Positions 30,714 through 39,550 of a stretch of DNA of 64,000 nt are shown piece by piece; the stretch's first letter is position 1, and each line of letters opens with the position of its first letter. The notes beneath the pieces are model-generated. The model did not search any database, had not been told where the DNA came from, and saw only the letters and a list, made by a program, of their open reading frames with translations. The translations under genes were made by a program, and so were the position numbers. Source of the DNA: Sedimentisphaerales bacterium (GTDB lineage: Bacteria; Planctomycetota; Phycisphaerae; Sedimentisphaerales; Anaerobacaceae). The stretch lies in contig OY970194.1 of assembly GCA_963708075.1 (NCBI GenBank), positions 544,001 through 608,000 on the forward strand, read 5' to 3'.

Positions 30714-30792
30714 GGGCGCCATGTCTACGCTTGCGTAGACATGCTCCATTTGGCGGGACAGGCATGCTTACGCGAGCGTAAGCATGGCATCC
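30714..30792. repeat. REP doublet, family A (GGRYGCCATG ends)
   Basis: Palindromes CATGTCTACGCTTGCGTAGACATG and CATGCTTACGCGAGCGTAAGCATG; copies at 50380 and 55280. Confidence 0.85.
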
Positions 30793-30965
30793 GAACCATC
30801 CTGTCTCTTTCTGACACCAGCCGCGCAGCGTGCAGCGACTCGACATGACAAATAACAGGGCTGGCGCGATATTCCGTTACATGTCCCGAGTTGTGCCGGG
30901 ATGTGGGAACAGGGTGTCTCTATGATGTGGATACAGCATGTCGCGTATGTGAATGGCCCGGATCT

Positions 30966-31017
30966 ATAGGGGAATTCCCGATACAAAAAGCAGGACGAGG
31001 CCGGATACAAGAAGCAG
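30966..31017. promoter_or_regulatory. Palindrome ATAGGGGAATTCCCGAT plus direct repeat GATACAARAAGCAG x2
   Basis: Seen directly in the kinase/ECF divergent region. Confidence 0.5.
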
Positions 31018-31095
31018 ATAAGGCCCGATTCATTGAATTCTTGCACCTGCTACGATGGTGCAAGGTTGATAACGCTAAAATTGGAAGGGGATCTT

Positions 31096-31686
31096 ATGAG
31101 TGACAAAGACCTTTTGATACGCTACACAGCAGGCGAGGAAGACGCGTTCCAGGAACTGGTGAGCCGCTACAAGGATAGCGTGTACGGGTTCCTTCGACGG
31201 TTCCTGAGCCGGCCGGACATGGTCGAGGATGTGTTCCAGGAGACGTTCATGCAGTTGTTCGTCAGCCGGGATACATTTGACATCTCGAGACCCTTGCGTC
31301 CGTGGCTGTTCACGATTGCGGCCAACAAGGCCAAGGACGCCCTTCGCCGCATGCAGCATCAGGAATCTGCTCATCTGGGGGACATGTTCAACAGCGACGA
31401 ACATACCATCGAAGATGTGTTGAACACGTTCGAGCATGACAGTCGGATGCCCTATGATAACCTGATTCGGGACGAGACGGCGGATTCGGTCAAGAAGGTG
31501 ATCGCGAGAATGCCTGCGAAGCTACGCGAGATTATCCTGTTGGCCTATTTTCACAAATTCTCGTATGCCGAGATTTCGAAGGTTCTGGGTATTCCCGTGG
31601 GCACGGTCAAGAGCCGGCTGCATACGGCGGTGGGGCGGTTTGCCGAAGATTGGGAAACGGCCGTGATGTGTGAAACCAGGAACTGA
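31096..31686 (+). CDS. ECF sigma-70 factor
   Basis: EDVFQETF; WLFTIAANK; SYAEISKVLGIPVGTVKSRL. Confidence 0.95.
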   Translation: MSDKDLLIRYTAGEEDAFQELVSRYKDSVYGFLRRFLSRPDMVEDVFQETFMQLFVSRDTFDISRPLRPWLFTIAANKAKDALRRMQHQESAHLGDMFNSDEHTIEDVLNTFEHDSRMPYDNLIRDETADSVKKVIARMPAKLREIILLAYFHKFSYAEISKVLGIPVGTVKSRLHTAVGRFAEDWETAVMCETRN

Positions 31687-31819
31687 TTGTGATTGGCTCC
31701 GCTGGGGTATGTGCTACGGCAACAGGCACAATGGGGCGACCTGCAACGGCGGAAGCCAAGCCGAGGAACAGGGGTATAAGTCGGGCGATGGATCTTTCCG
31801 GCTTATGCCCCTTGCTATT

Positions 31820-31957
31820 TCACCGGGGCTGGCTGGATAGCCGCCGGAGAATCTCAATCTTGTTGTCCCACTGATGGGAGTCAACCTCCGCAAGCCAGTA
31901 AATGTCGTCGCCCCAACACTCCCGCCACCATTCCCACATTCTTCTTAGCACTCTCAT
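31820..31957 (-). CDS. Small Trp-rich protein (45 aa)
   Basis: AAGGAAGGTG RBS; MRVLRRMWEWWRECWGDDIYWLAEVDSHQWDNKIEILRRLSSQPR. Confidence 0.5.
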   Translation of the reverse strand: MRVLRRMWEWWRECWGDDIYWLAEVDSHQWDNKIEILRRLSSQPR

Positions 31958-32157
31958 AGCACACCTTCCTTTTGTCTGGCTGTCCAAGCGTCCTGGTTAC
32001 GGCCGGCATCCACACAGCCTGCCGACCCGTCGAGAGCGCTCTCTACCATTAGAAGGCAGGGTATGGGTGCGGAGTAACGGTCCATGCTCTTGATTTCACA
32101 CAACATGGCCGATGTCCCGCACTTGTCGGGAGTGCCGGGAGCCATGGATCCGGTGCG

Positions 32158-33246
32158 TCACAGTTGGCGTTTGATGGCTTGGGCGTGGATGAGCTCGAAT
32201 AATGCCTTGATGAAATCGGTATCCAGGCCGAGTTGCTTCGCCTTGGCGATGTGGTCTTCGAGGAGGGTCTCCCAGCGGGTAATCTGGAGCACCGGGATAT
32301 TGTGCTCCTGCTTGAGCCGGCCGATCTCCTCGACCCACTTCATGCGTTCGGCAAGGTCCTGAATGATCTTGGCATCGATCTGACTGATCTCGGCTCGCAG
32401 CCGGGCCATCTGCCTCTTCAGGTCCCGGTCGGTAAGCTCGGCTTCCCTTGCCCGCAGTCGCTCAAGCATGCAGGAAAGGTCTTGGGGAGTTACTTGTTGT
32501 TTGGCATCGCTCAGGGCCCGGTCAGGATCGATGTGCGATTCGATCATCAGGCCCTGGATGCCGAGATCGAGGGCCATCTGGGAGAGCGGCTCGATGAACT
32601 GGCGGCTGCCCCCGATATGGCTGGGATCACAGATCAGAGGCAGGTCGGGAAGCAGTCGTTTCAGCTCGATGGGGATTTGCCATTTGGGATCGTTGCGGAA
32701 CTGCATCTCGACGTAGGTGGAAAAGCCACGGTGAATCGCGGCAAGCTTCCGGATACCGGCGTCGTAAAGCCGCTCGATCGCGCCGAGCCACAGACCCAGT
32801 TCGGCGTTGATGGGATTCTTGACGAGGACGGGGATGTCTTTGCCTTTGAGGGCGTCGGCAATCTCCTGCACGGCGAACGGGCTGACGGTAGTCCTCGCGC
32901 CGATCCACAGGATGTCCACGCCGTACTTGAGGCACAGTTCTACATGTTCAGTGTTCGCCACTTCGGTGGCTGTGGGCAAACCGGTCTCGGCCTTTGCCTG
33001 CCTGAGCCACTCCAGGCCGGTTTCTCCGACCCCTTCGAATGTGCCCGGGCGCGTACGCGGTTTCCATATCCCTGCCCGGAAGGCCTTTACATACGGCGAT
33101 TTCACCAACTCTCGGGCGGTCGAGAGCATTTGTTCAGCCGACTCGGCGCTGCACGGACCCGCGATCACGCATGGAACGCGGTCGTGCGGCAGCCACTGAC
33201 TGATGGGAGCCAGGCCCTTATTGATCTTCTTCAGGAACTCGGTCAT
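32158..33246 (-). CDS. Bifunctional DAHP synthase (type I-beta) / chorismate mutase
   Basis: IAGPCSAES; WKPRT; WIGART; DPSH; C-terminal AroQ-like LRAEISQID. Confidence 0.95.
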   Translation of the reverse strand: MTEFLKKINKGLAPISQWLPHDRVPCVIAGPCSAESAEQMLSTARELVKSPYVKAFRAGIWKPRTRPGTFEGVGETGLEWLRQAKAETGLPTATEVANTEHVELCLKYGVDILWIGARTTVSPFAVQEIADALKGKDIPVLVKNPINAELGLWLGAIERLYDAGIRKLAAIHRGFSTYVEMQFRNDPKWQIPIELKRLLPDLPLICDPSHIGGSRQFIEPLSQMALDLGIQGLMIESHIDPDRALSDAKQQVTPQDLSCMLERLRAREAELTDRDLKRQMARLRAEISQIDAKIIQDLAERMKWVEEIGRLKQEHNIPVLQITRWETLLEDHIAKAKQLGLDTDFIKALFELIHAQAIKRQL

Positions 33247-33449
33247 TTCATTTCAACCCAGGCCGTCCAACCGGACGCCGCTGAAATCGCACCCAACGGA
33301 GGGGCTCACACTATGGGATCCATGATCCACATGGCAACTCCTGCCCCAGCACAATTGTAACCTATCGGCGAATCCGACTCAATGATTTCGATGACTCTGG
33401 GAAATAGGGCGGGACCTCTGGTCGGTCGTGTGATGGTTCGGCCCTGCAC

Positions 33450-33477
33450 TAAGGTGCGCCGTCGGATATGTCGATAG
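33450..33477 (+). promoter_or_regulatory. sigma28-like promoter 1
   Basis: TAAG-N16-GTCGATAG, 30 nt before the ATPase start. Confidence 0.55.
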
Positions 33478-33507
33478 AGGAACGGATTCGTTCAGGGATC
33501 CCCTGAT

Positions 33508-35205
33508 ATGAGTGAGCATGACCCGATAATCGACGTTCTCTTGAGCGGAAAAGTGCTGGACGAGGTCTAAGCGCGAGCGCTGGTGGATCGTCATAAGGCG
33601 AGCGGCGAGGGTTTGTTCTCCATTATCCAGCGCGAGTTGTCGCTGGATGAGGAGCAGTCTGCCAAGGTCGCCGCGGCCGCCCACTGTATCGAGTTTGTCA
33701 ACCTCTCGCCCGAGATGATTGACCCTATGGTCGCTCACCTGATTTCTCAGGAGGTGGCCAACCGCTACATCGCGATTCCCATCAAGTGAGAGGGTCGCGA
33801 GTTGACGGTGGCCATGAGTTCCCCTCTGGACCTGCGTGCCCGCGATGAGATCGAGTTGAAGACGGGCTACAGGGTGGTTCCCGTGGCCGCTACGCCGCAC
33901 GCCATACGACAGGCCATAAGCTACCATTTCGACGTGGCCAACCTGACGAGGCAGACGATCGCCTCCATGCGGCTGAAGAGCGATGCGGGGGAGGAAGGCA
34001 AGTCGGTAGCCGACAAAAGCGACAGGCTGTTCGGCACGGACAGCGACCCAATCACGAAACTGGTCGCCTCCGTCATCCGGGGCGGCATCGACGTCAAGGC
34101 CAGTGATATCCACATCGAGCCGCAGGAGTCGGACCTGCGCGTGAGATATCGCGTGGATGGCCTGTTGCGAAGGGCCATCGACATCCCCGCTTCGGCCCAG
34201 CGCGAGGTCATCTCCCAGCTCAAGGTCCTCGCCGACATGGACATCTCTGAGCGGAGAATCCCCCAGGATGGGCACATCACGATCCGCCATGAAGAAAGAG
34301 AGTACGATCTCCGCGTCTCCTGCCTCCCGGCTGTCGGAGGCGAGAAGATCGTCTTGCGCATCCTTGACAAGAACGCCGGCCGGTGGTCGTTGGACCGCGT
34401 CGTCACCTCCGCATATGACAATGAGCGAATCCGGGACTTGGTCGCCAACCCGTACGGCATGATCCTTCTGACGGGCCCGACCGGCTGCGGCAAGACCACC
34501 ACGCTCTACTCCGCGCTCCAACTGGTGAACACGCCCGAGCGGAATGTCGTGACCGTCGAGGACCCCGTCGAATACCGTCTGCCGGGGATCACGCAGGTCC
34601 AGGTCAAGCCGGCGGCGGGAGTGACGTTTGCCTCCACGCTGCGAAGCATCCTGCGCCAGGACCCGAATGTCATTCTGATTGGGGAAATCCGGGACCTCGA
34701 GACGGCGGAGATCGCGATCAGTGCGGCTCTGACCGGTCATCTCGTGCTGAGCACGCTGCACACGAACGATGCGGCGGGCGCCGTATCCCGACTCATCAGC
34801 ATTGGGATTCCTCCATTCCTGGTGACCTCTGCACTTCTGGGGGTTGTCGCGCAGCGGCTCGTCCGAACCCTCTGTCCCAAATGCAAGCAACTCTATACGC
34901 CCGGCGAGGAGGAACGCAGGCTCACGGGGAGTCAGCCCTCGGCAAAACAACAGCTCTACCGAGCCAAAGGATGCAGTGGTTGTTATGGCAGCGGGTACCA
35001 GGGTCGAAAGAGCGTGTATGAAATCCTGTGCTTCTCGCCGGCCGTCAAGCGCATGATCGTGGATGGCCGCAGCGACGCTGCGCTTAAGGAGCAGGCGATT
35101 GCGGAGGGAATGCGGACCCTCCGGACGAGCGCCCTGGATGAAGTGCGAAGCGGCGTGACAACAATCGACGAAGTCATGCGTGTCGTGGATCTCAAGAGTG
35201 ACTGA
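33508..35205 (+). CDS. gspE: GspE/PilB assembly ATPase with two in-frame stops in the N-domain (TAA 33568, TGA 33787); possible pseudogene
   Basis: Single frame from ATG 33508. ASDIHIEP, GPTGCGKT, LRQDPNVILIGEIRD, STLHTN, CPKC..CSGC. Confidence 0.9.
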
Positions 35206-36401
35206 TGGCGGCCTACGCATACACGGCAAAGGATTCCGCGGGCAATGAGCTGAGCGGCGTCTACACGAACGTGAACAGCGTGGAGATGCTGCGGGCGGAA
35301 TTGACGAAGGTCGGGTATGTCCTGGTCGACGCACAACGGGAATCGAGGCCGAGAAGGCTCTCGACGAGAGTGCGGCAGAAGGACGTTGCCTCCTTTGCCT
35401 TCAAATTCGCCGGCATGTATTCCGCGGGCTTATCGCTGGTGCGATGCCTGGAGGCCTCGGAAGAGCAAGCCGGCAACCAGGCCTTGAGGGATATCCTCGC
35501 GGATATTCGTCACCGGGTGGAGACGGGCGCCAGCCTGGCAAGTGCGTTCGAGCCCCATCGGACAGTGTTCGGTGATTTCTTTCTCGGGATGATCGAGGCT
35601 GGCGAGTCCTCCGGTGAGTTGTCACGGGCGTTCGACATGAGCGCACGGTACCTTGAGAAGCGACTGGAACTGCGTCAGAAGATCCGGGGGGCATTCGTCT
35701 ACCCCGTAGTTGTTGGCGTGGTTTGTTGCGTCGTGGTGCTCGCCATGCTCATCTTCGTCGTGCCGATGTTCTCGCAGTTGTATGCGCGGTTGCATGTAGA
35801 ATTGCCGGGCCCAACACAAGCGCTGGTGGTCCTGAGCCTCTCGCTGAGGAGTTGCTGGTGGGCGTTGCCGCCTGCGATCGCCATCCTTGTGCTGACCCTG
35901 CGGCGCCTGGTGCGCAACCTGCGCACAAGGGTTTATTGGGACCGCTGGAAGATCAGGATGCCGTTACTGGGACCGTTGAATCACCTCGTGCTCGTTTCGC
36001 AGTTCATCCGCACATTCGGCATGCTGATCTCGGTAGGGGTGCCGATCATGGAGGCCCTGGATTCGGCGGGCAGGGTGGTCCATAACGAGGAACTGGCCCG
36101 GATCTCAGGGGACCTCCAAAGGGCCATTCGCATCGGCCGGCCCGTCGCTGAATCGCTCAAGGCCCATAATCTGTTCCCTTCCGTGGTCGTGCAGCTTGCC
36201 GCTGCCGGCGAGGGAGCAGGCGTCCTTGCGGACATGCTGGCAAAGGCGGCGGACCTGCTGGACAAGGAGAGCGACCGGATGGCCGCGTCGCTGCTGGCCA
36301 GGCTCGAGCCGGCGCTGACCGTCATCATGGGAGTCATTATCGGTCTGATCCTCATGGGCGTCTATCTGCCCATGTTCGACTACATGGCACGCCTCAAGTA
36401 G
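35205..36401 (+). CDS. gspF: GspF/PilC platform protein
   Basis: AGESSGEL; YPVVV; VPMF; LEPALTV..YLPMF. Confidence 0.95.
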   Translation: MAAYAYTAKDSAGNELSGVYTNVNSVEMLRAELTKVGYVLVDAQRESRPRRLSTRVRQKDVASFAFKFAGMYSAGLSLVRCLEASEEQAGNQALRDILADIRHRVETGASLASAFEPHRTVFGDFFLGMIEAGESSGELSRAFDMSARYLEKRLELRQKIRGAFVYPVVVGVVCCVVVLAMLIFVVPMFSQLYARLHVELPGPTQALVVLSLSLRSCWWALPPAIAILVLTLRRLVRNLRTRVYWDRWKIRMPLLGPLNHLVLVSQFIRTFGMLISVGVPIMEALDSAGRVVHNEELARISGDLQRAIRIGRPVAESLKAHNLFPSVVVQLAAAGEGAGVLADMLAKAADLLDKESDRMAASLLARLEPALTVIMGVIIGLILMGVYLPMFDYMARLK

Positions 36402-36423
36402 GGCCCGTAGCGATGGTTTGGGG

Positions 36424-36451
36424 TAAAGCTCGCGGCAGTTGCCGCCGATGA
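36424..36451 (+). promoter_or_regulatory. sigma28-like promoter 2
   Basis: TAAA-N16-GCCGATGA upstream of the major pilin. Confidence 0.6.
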
Positions 36452-36497
36452 AGCTGTCGATACTCTATAATGGCGCCCCATGGATAAGGAGAACACG

Positions 36498-36812
36498 GTG
36501 TACAACAAAAAGGCATTTACTCTGGTGGAGTTGCTCGTCGTGGTGATGATCCTCGGCGCTCTGGCTGCCATCGCTGTGCCGCGAATGCTCAGCGGCACCA
36601 CGAATGCCAGGATCCACGCGTGCAGAACGAATGTAGACCTGGTCAATTCACAGATCGAGCTTTATTATGCGGACAAGTCAGTCTGGCCGGCGGCCCTGAC
36701 GGATGTCACCAACGATCCGAACTACTTCCCGGACGGGGCCCCGCAGTGTCCATTGGAGACACCCTACATATACAATACGACGATTCATCGCATCTCCGAT
36801 CACACTCATTGA
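36498..36812 (+). CDS. Short major (pseudo)pilin
   Basis: AAGGAG with GTG; KA/FTLVELLVV; two Cys. Confidence 0.9.
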   Translation: MYNKKAFTLVELLVVVMILGALAAIAVPRMLSGTTNARIHACRTNVDLVNSQIELYYADKSVWPAALTDVTNDPNYFPDGAPQCPLETPYIYNTTIHRISDHTH

Positions 36813-36926
36813 CGTGGGAGCCAGGTCCATGGGCTTGTGGTGGCCCATGGGCTCGGGCACGGAATTCGCCTGGGGTGTCCGTCTTCGAGGGCGGTCACCC
36901 CTTGCTGCATGTGGGGACTTTTGCCT

Positions 36927-37382
36927 ATGACACGGGCGGGACATACCCTGATCGAGTGCATCACTGTGGTGCTGATCCTCGCCGTGCTGGCATGTGTCGC
37001 GGTCCCGAGGCTCAACGTGGGGGCCGTGTGGGGGGCACAGACAGATGCGGTTGTCCGCCGGCTTGCCACGGATCTTCGACGCGCCCGCATGCACGCCATC
37101 GCGCACGCGGCCGACAATCCGACAGGCTATGCCCTCGTGATGATCGGCGCCAATCCTTATCACGGCTATCAGATCATCAATCTGCGGGATTCCGCCGTCG
37201 TGGCAAGCGACAGTATTCCTGCGAATGTCCACTGTACCGGCAGGCGCTCCTTCGAGTTCGGCCCTCTCGGCAACCTGACGGACGGCAGTGACACGCGCGT
37301 GCGGGTCCACAGCCAGGGCAGAGCGTATCGGCTCGAGGTCGTCCCGGCGACAGGAATGGTCAAATGGCAGCGGGAAAAGTGA
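36927..37382 (+). CDS. Minor pilin, GspH/FimT-like
   Basis: G/HTLIE..AVPRL; LATDLRRARMHA; FGPLG. Confidence 0.85.
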   Translation: MTRAGHTLIECITVVLILAVLACVAVPRLNVGAVWGAQTDAVVRRLATDLRRARMHAIAHAADNPTGYALVMIGANPYHGYQIINLRDSAVVASDSIPANVHCTGRRSFEFGPLGNLTDGSDTRVRVHSQGRAYRLEVVPATGMVKWQREK

Positions 37383-37789
37383 CGATCAGACGCCTCCATC
37401 GCCGGCTCACAGGCGTGACCCTTACGGAAGTCATTGTGGCTTCCGCTTTGCTTGTCATTTCCGTCATCCCGCTTCTCAAGGCCCTGACGGTTGCCCTGGC
37501 AACGGACCGGGCTGTCGAGCGCAAGAGCTGGAGCCTCATGCTGGCCCAGTCCGAGTTGGATCGCATCCGGGCCCACAGCGTGTATGGTTACGATCACGAT
37601 TTCAATGCGACTTCTGAGCCCCTCAGCGGCGGGTATCTGTGCTCCGTGGCCGACGACCAGGACCCTGATCTGAGAACAGTCACTGTGTCCGTCGGACTGG
37701 ACCGCAACGGCGACAGCATCCTCTCTTCGGAGGAGGCCGAGGTGCGTCTGTGCACGAGCCTTGCCAGACGCTGGCCGGGACCGGAGTAA
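37379..37789 (+). CDS. Minor pilin, GspI/PilV-like
   Basis: G/VTLTEVIVA; LAQSELDRIR. Confidence 0.8.
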   Translation: MTIRRLHRRLTGVTLTEVIVASALLVISVIPLLKALTVALATDRAVERKSWSLMLAQSELDRIRAHSVYGYDHDFNATSEPLSGGYLCSVADDQDPDLRTVTVSVGLDRNGDSILSSEEAEVRLCTSLARRWPGPE

Positions 37790-37977
37790 CGGCGGCCCCA
37801 GGTCTGTTCCATTGCGTGGTGCGAAGTGGCCGGACCACATTATAGGACACCTCTTTACTTAAATCTCATTCACTCCCAACAGCCTCCGCAAGAGCCCATA
37901 AGAGCATGACGGGAGGATTCAAAAATCGGCTTCCGAGCCTCTGTCGGCAATCGGGGTCTTCGGCATCCGCATACCTG

Positions 37978-38005
37978 TAACGCAGACTGTCACGCATGCC
38001 GAAGA
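37978..38005 (+). promoter_or_regulatory. sigma28-like promoter 3
   Basis: TAAC-N16-GCCGAAGA in the 267-nt internal gap. Confidence 0.5.
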
Positions 38006-38056
38006 TATATCGGCGCATGTCATCGTATGCACCAAGAGTGAGGCACACCAGGAGTG

Positions 38057-39145
38057 ATGAGCATTTTGCAGCGTGGAACTACCATTGTGGAACTGACCGT
38101 TGCCACGGCGATTCTGGCTGTCGTCTTCGCCACGATCATGCCGGTGTTCGGGACGATTCGAAACCACGCAGAGGCCGCCGGGGCGAACTCGGAGATGGTT
38201 CAGAACGCCCGGGTCCTGAATGAGCAGTTGTACCGCTATCTCGCTAAGGCCGGGCGAATCACAGCCACGAGCGGAAGCACCGAGACTGAGGGCTACATTG
38301 AGTTCGAGGCCGGCGACGCGGCCGTGCGGCGCTGCCGGCTCGGAACGAGCGGCTGCATCGAATTCGGACCCGTGGGCGATCTATGCGACCTGGCCGGGCC
38401 CGTGGAATACCTGACGTTCGTCTGCTATGACGGCAATGATCCGGCTGGCCAGACGGTCGTGCCGGAACATGTTCGCCTGGTCACGTGGGAAGCCCGGCTG
38501 AAAAGCGCGGGTACGCTCACAAGCGACAAGACCATTCGAGGAGCATGTTACTTGCGCGTCAATGGGAACATCGGCATCGAAGAAGCAGACACAGTGTACG
38601 ATTATGCGACGGGCCGCCAGGGCATCGACTGCTTTGCGTTTGCCGGCGGGGGCGATGCGCAGGCGCCCGCAGTGCCGGACATGCCTTCCGACGCTCTGAG
38701 CCTAGGGCAGTACGATGCCATCGAGGGACAGGATGGGACATTCCATGAGATCGCGGTTTCGACGGAAGGCGACTACGCTCAGAGTCGGCTCGTCTTCAGG
38801 ATCGAGCAGAGTCGCAGCGACGTGAGCCGCATTGCGGCGACGTGGAGAGGCGCGGGTGTTAACGGGCACCCGGGACGTTCGGATGGCGCGAGCCTGTACG
38901 TATGGAATTACGTCTCCACCGGCTACGAGTTGCTGCAGGTCTCGCCGGATACAGATGCTGAAATAACGTTGATCGGCTCCCGCAGTGACACGCCGGCACA
39001 GTACATCGGCGGCCTTGAGGGGAAGACGGTCATGCTGCTCGTCGCCTCAAACGATGGGAAGAAAGGACAGGAAGTCAACAGATTGTTAACGGATTATGTG
39101 CGGCTGGATATCACTGTGCCGGACACCACCGGCCTACTGCCCTGA
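38057..39145 (+). CDS. Minor pilin, GspJ/PilW-like, with extra C-terminal beta domain
   Basis: G/TTIVELTVA; EMVQNAR; ~190-aa C-terminal extension. Confidence 0.8.
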   Translation: MSILQRGTTIVELTVATAILAVVFATIMPVFGTIRNHAEAAGANSEMVQNARVLNEQLYRYLAKAGRITATSGSTETEGYIEFEAGDAAVRRCRLGTSGCIEFGPVGDLCDLAGPVEYLTFVCYDGNDPAGQTVVPEHVRLVTWEARLKSAGTLTSDKTIRGACYLRVNGNIGIEEADTVYDYATGRQGIDCFAFAGGGDAQAPAVPDMPSDALSLGQYDAIEGQDGTFHEIAVSTEGDYAQSRLVFRIEQSRSDVSRIAATWRGAGVNGHPGRSDGASLYVWNYVSTGYELLQVSPDTDAEITLIGSRSDTPAQYIGGLEGKTVMLLVASNDGKKGQEVNRLLTDYVRLDITVPDTTGLLP

Positions 39146-39154
39146 AGGGGCTTG

Positions 39155-39550
39155 ATGAGAACGAGGCATAGGAATACGGGCTCGGTGCTGCTGGTGATCG
39201 TGCTGCTTGTGGCGCTGCTGGCGGCGACCGTAGCCGGCCATCTGCAAATCAACACCGAGGAGATTCAGTTGATGCAGAATCACATCGGCGGCGCGGAGGC
39301 TCTGGCGACGGCGGAAGCCGGGGTGAATGATGCGATGGCGCAACTCCGCCTCGACCGCGGCTGGCAAAGCGGATTTGTCGGCAAGCCGTTCAACGGCGGG
39401 ACCTACACCGTCGTCATCGACGGCCAAACCATCCGATCGGCGGGAGTTACGGCGAGCGGTTTTACCGCCACGATGGAGGCAGAGGTCACGATGGCGCAAG
39501 ACGGGCCTCCTTACCTTATAAGGGTCGACAGTTTGCGGATCAACGAATGA
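39155..39550 (+). CDS. Minor pilin, PilX/GspK-like
   Basis: G/SVLLVIVLLV (no Glu5); ALATAEAGVNDA. Confidence 0.85.
   Translation: MRTRHRNTGSVLLVIVLLVALLAATVAGHLQINTEEIQLMQNHIGGAEALATAEAGVNDAMAQLRLDRGWQSGFVGKPFNGGTYTVVIDGQTIRSAGVTASGFTATMEAEVTMAQDGPPYLIRVDSLRINE

Noticed and set aside
33508..33600. c-di-GMP-binding MshEN motif or upstream c-di-GMP riboswitch
   Set aside because: The RLG-x2-L motif is absent (DPIIDVLL) and no GEMM-type consensus is visible upstream.
33568..33789. Stop-codon reassignment or selenocysteine readthrough in gspE
   Set aside because: Two different stops (TAA, TGA) are involved, and both terminate many normal genes in the window.
33379..35334. 651-aa minus-strand ORF and similar long antisense ORFs (17881-19437, 8506-9774, 56030-57292, 4323-5609)
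   Set aside because: They are shadow frames of clearly recognisable genes in GC-rich DNA and have no motifs of their own.
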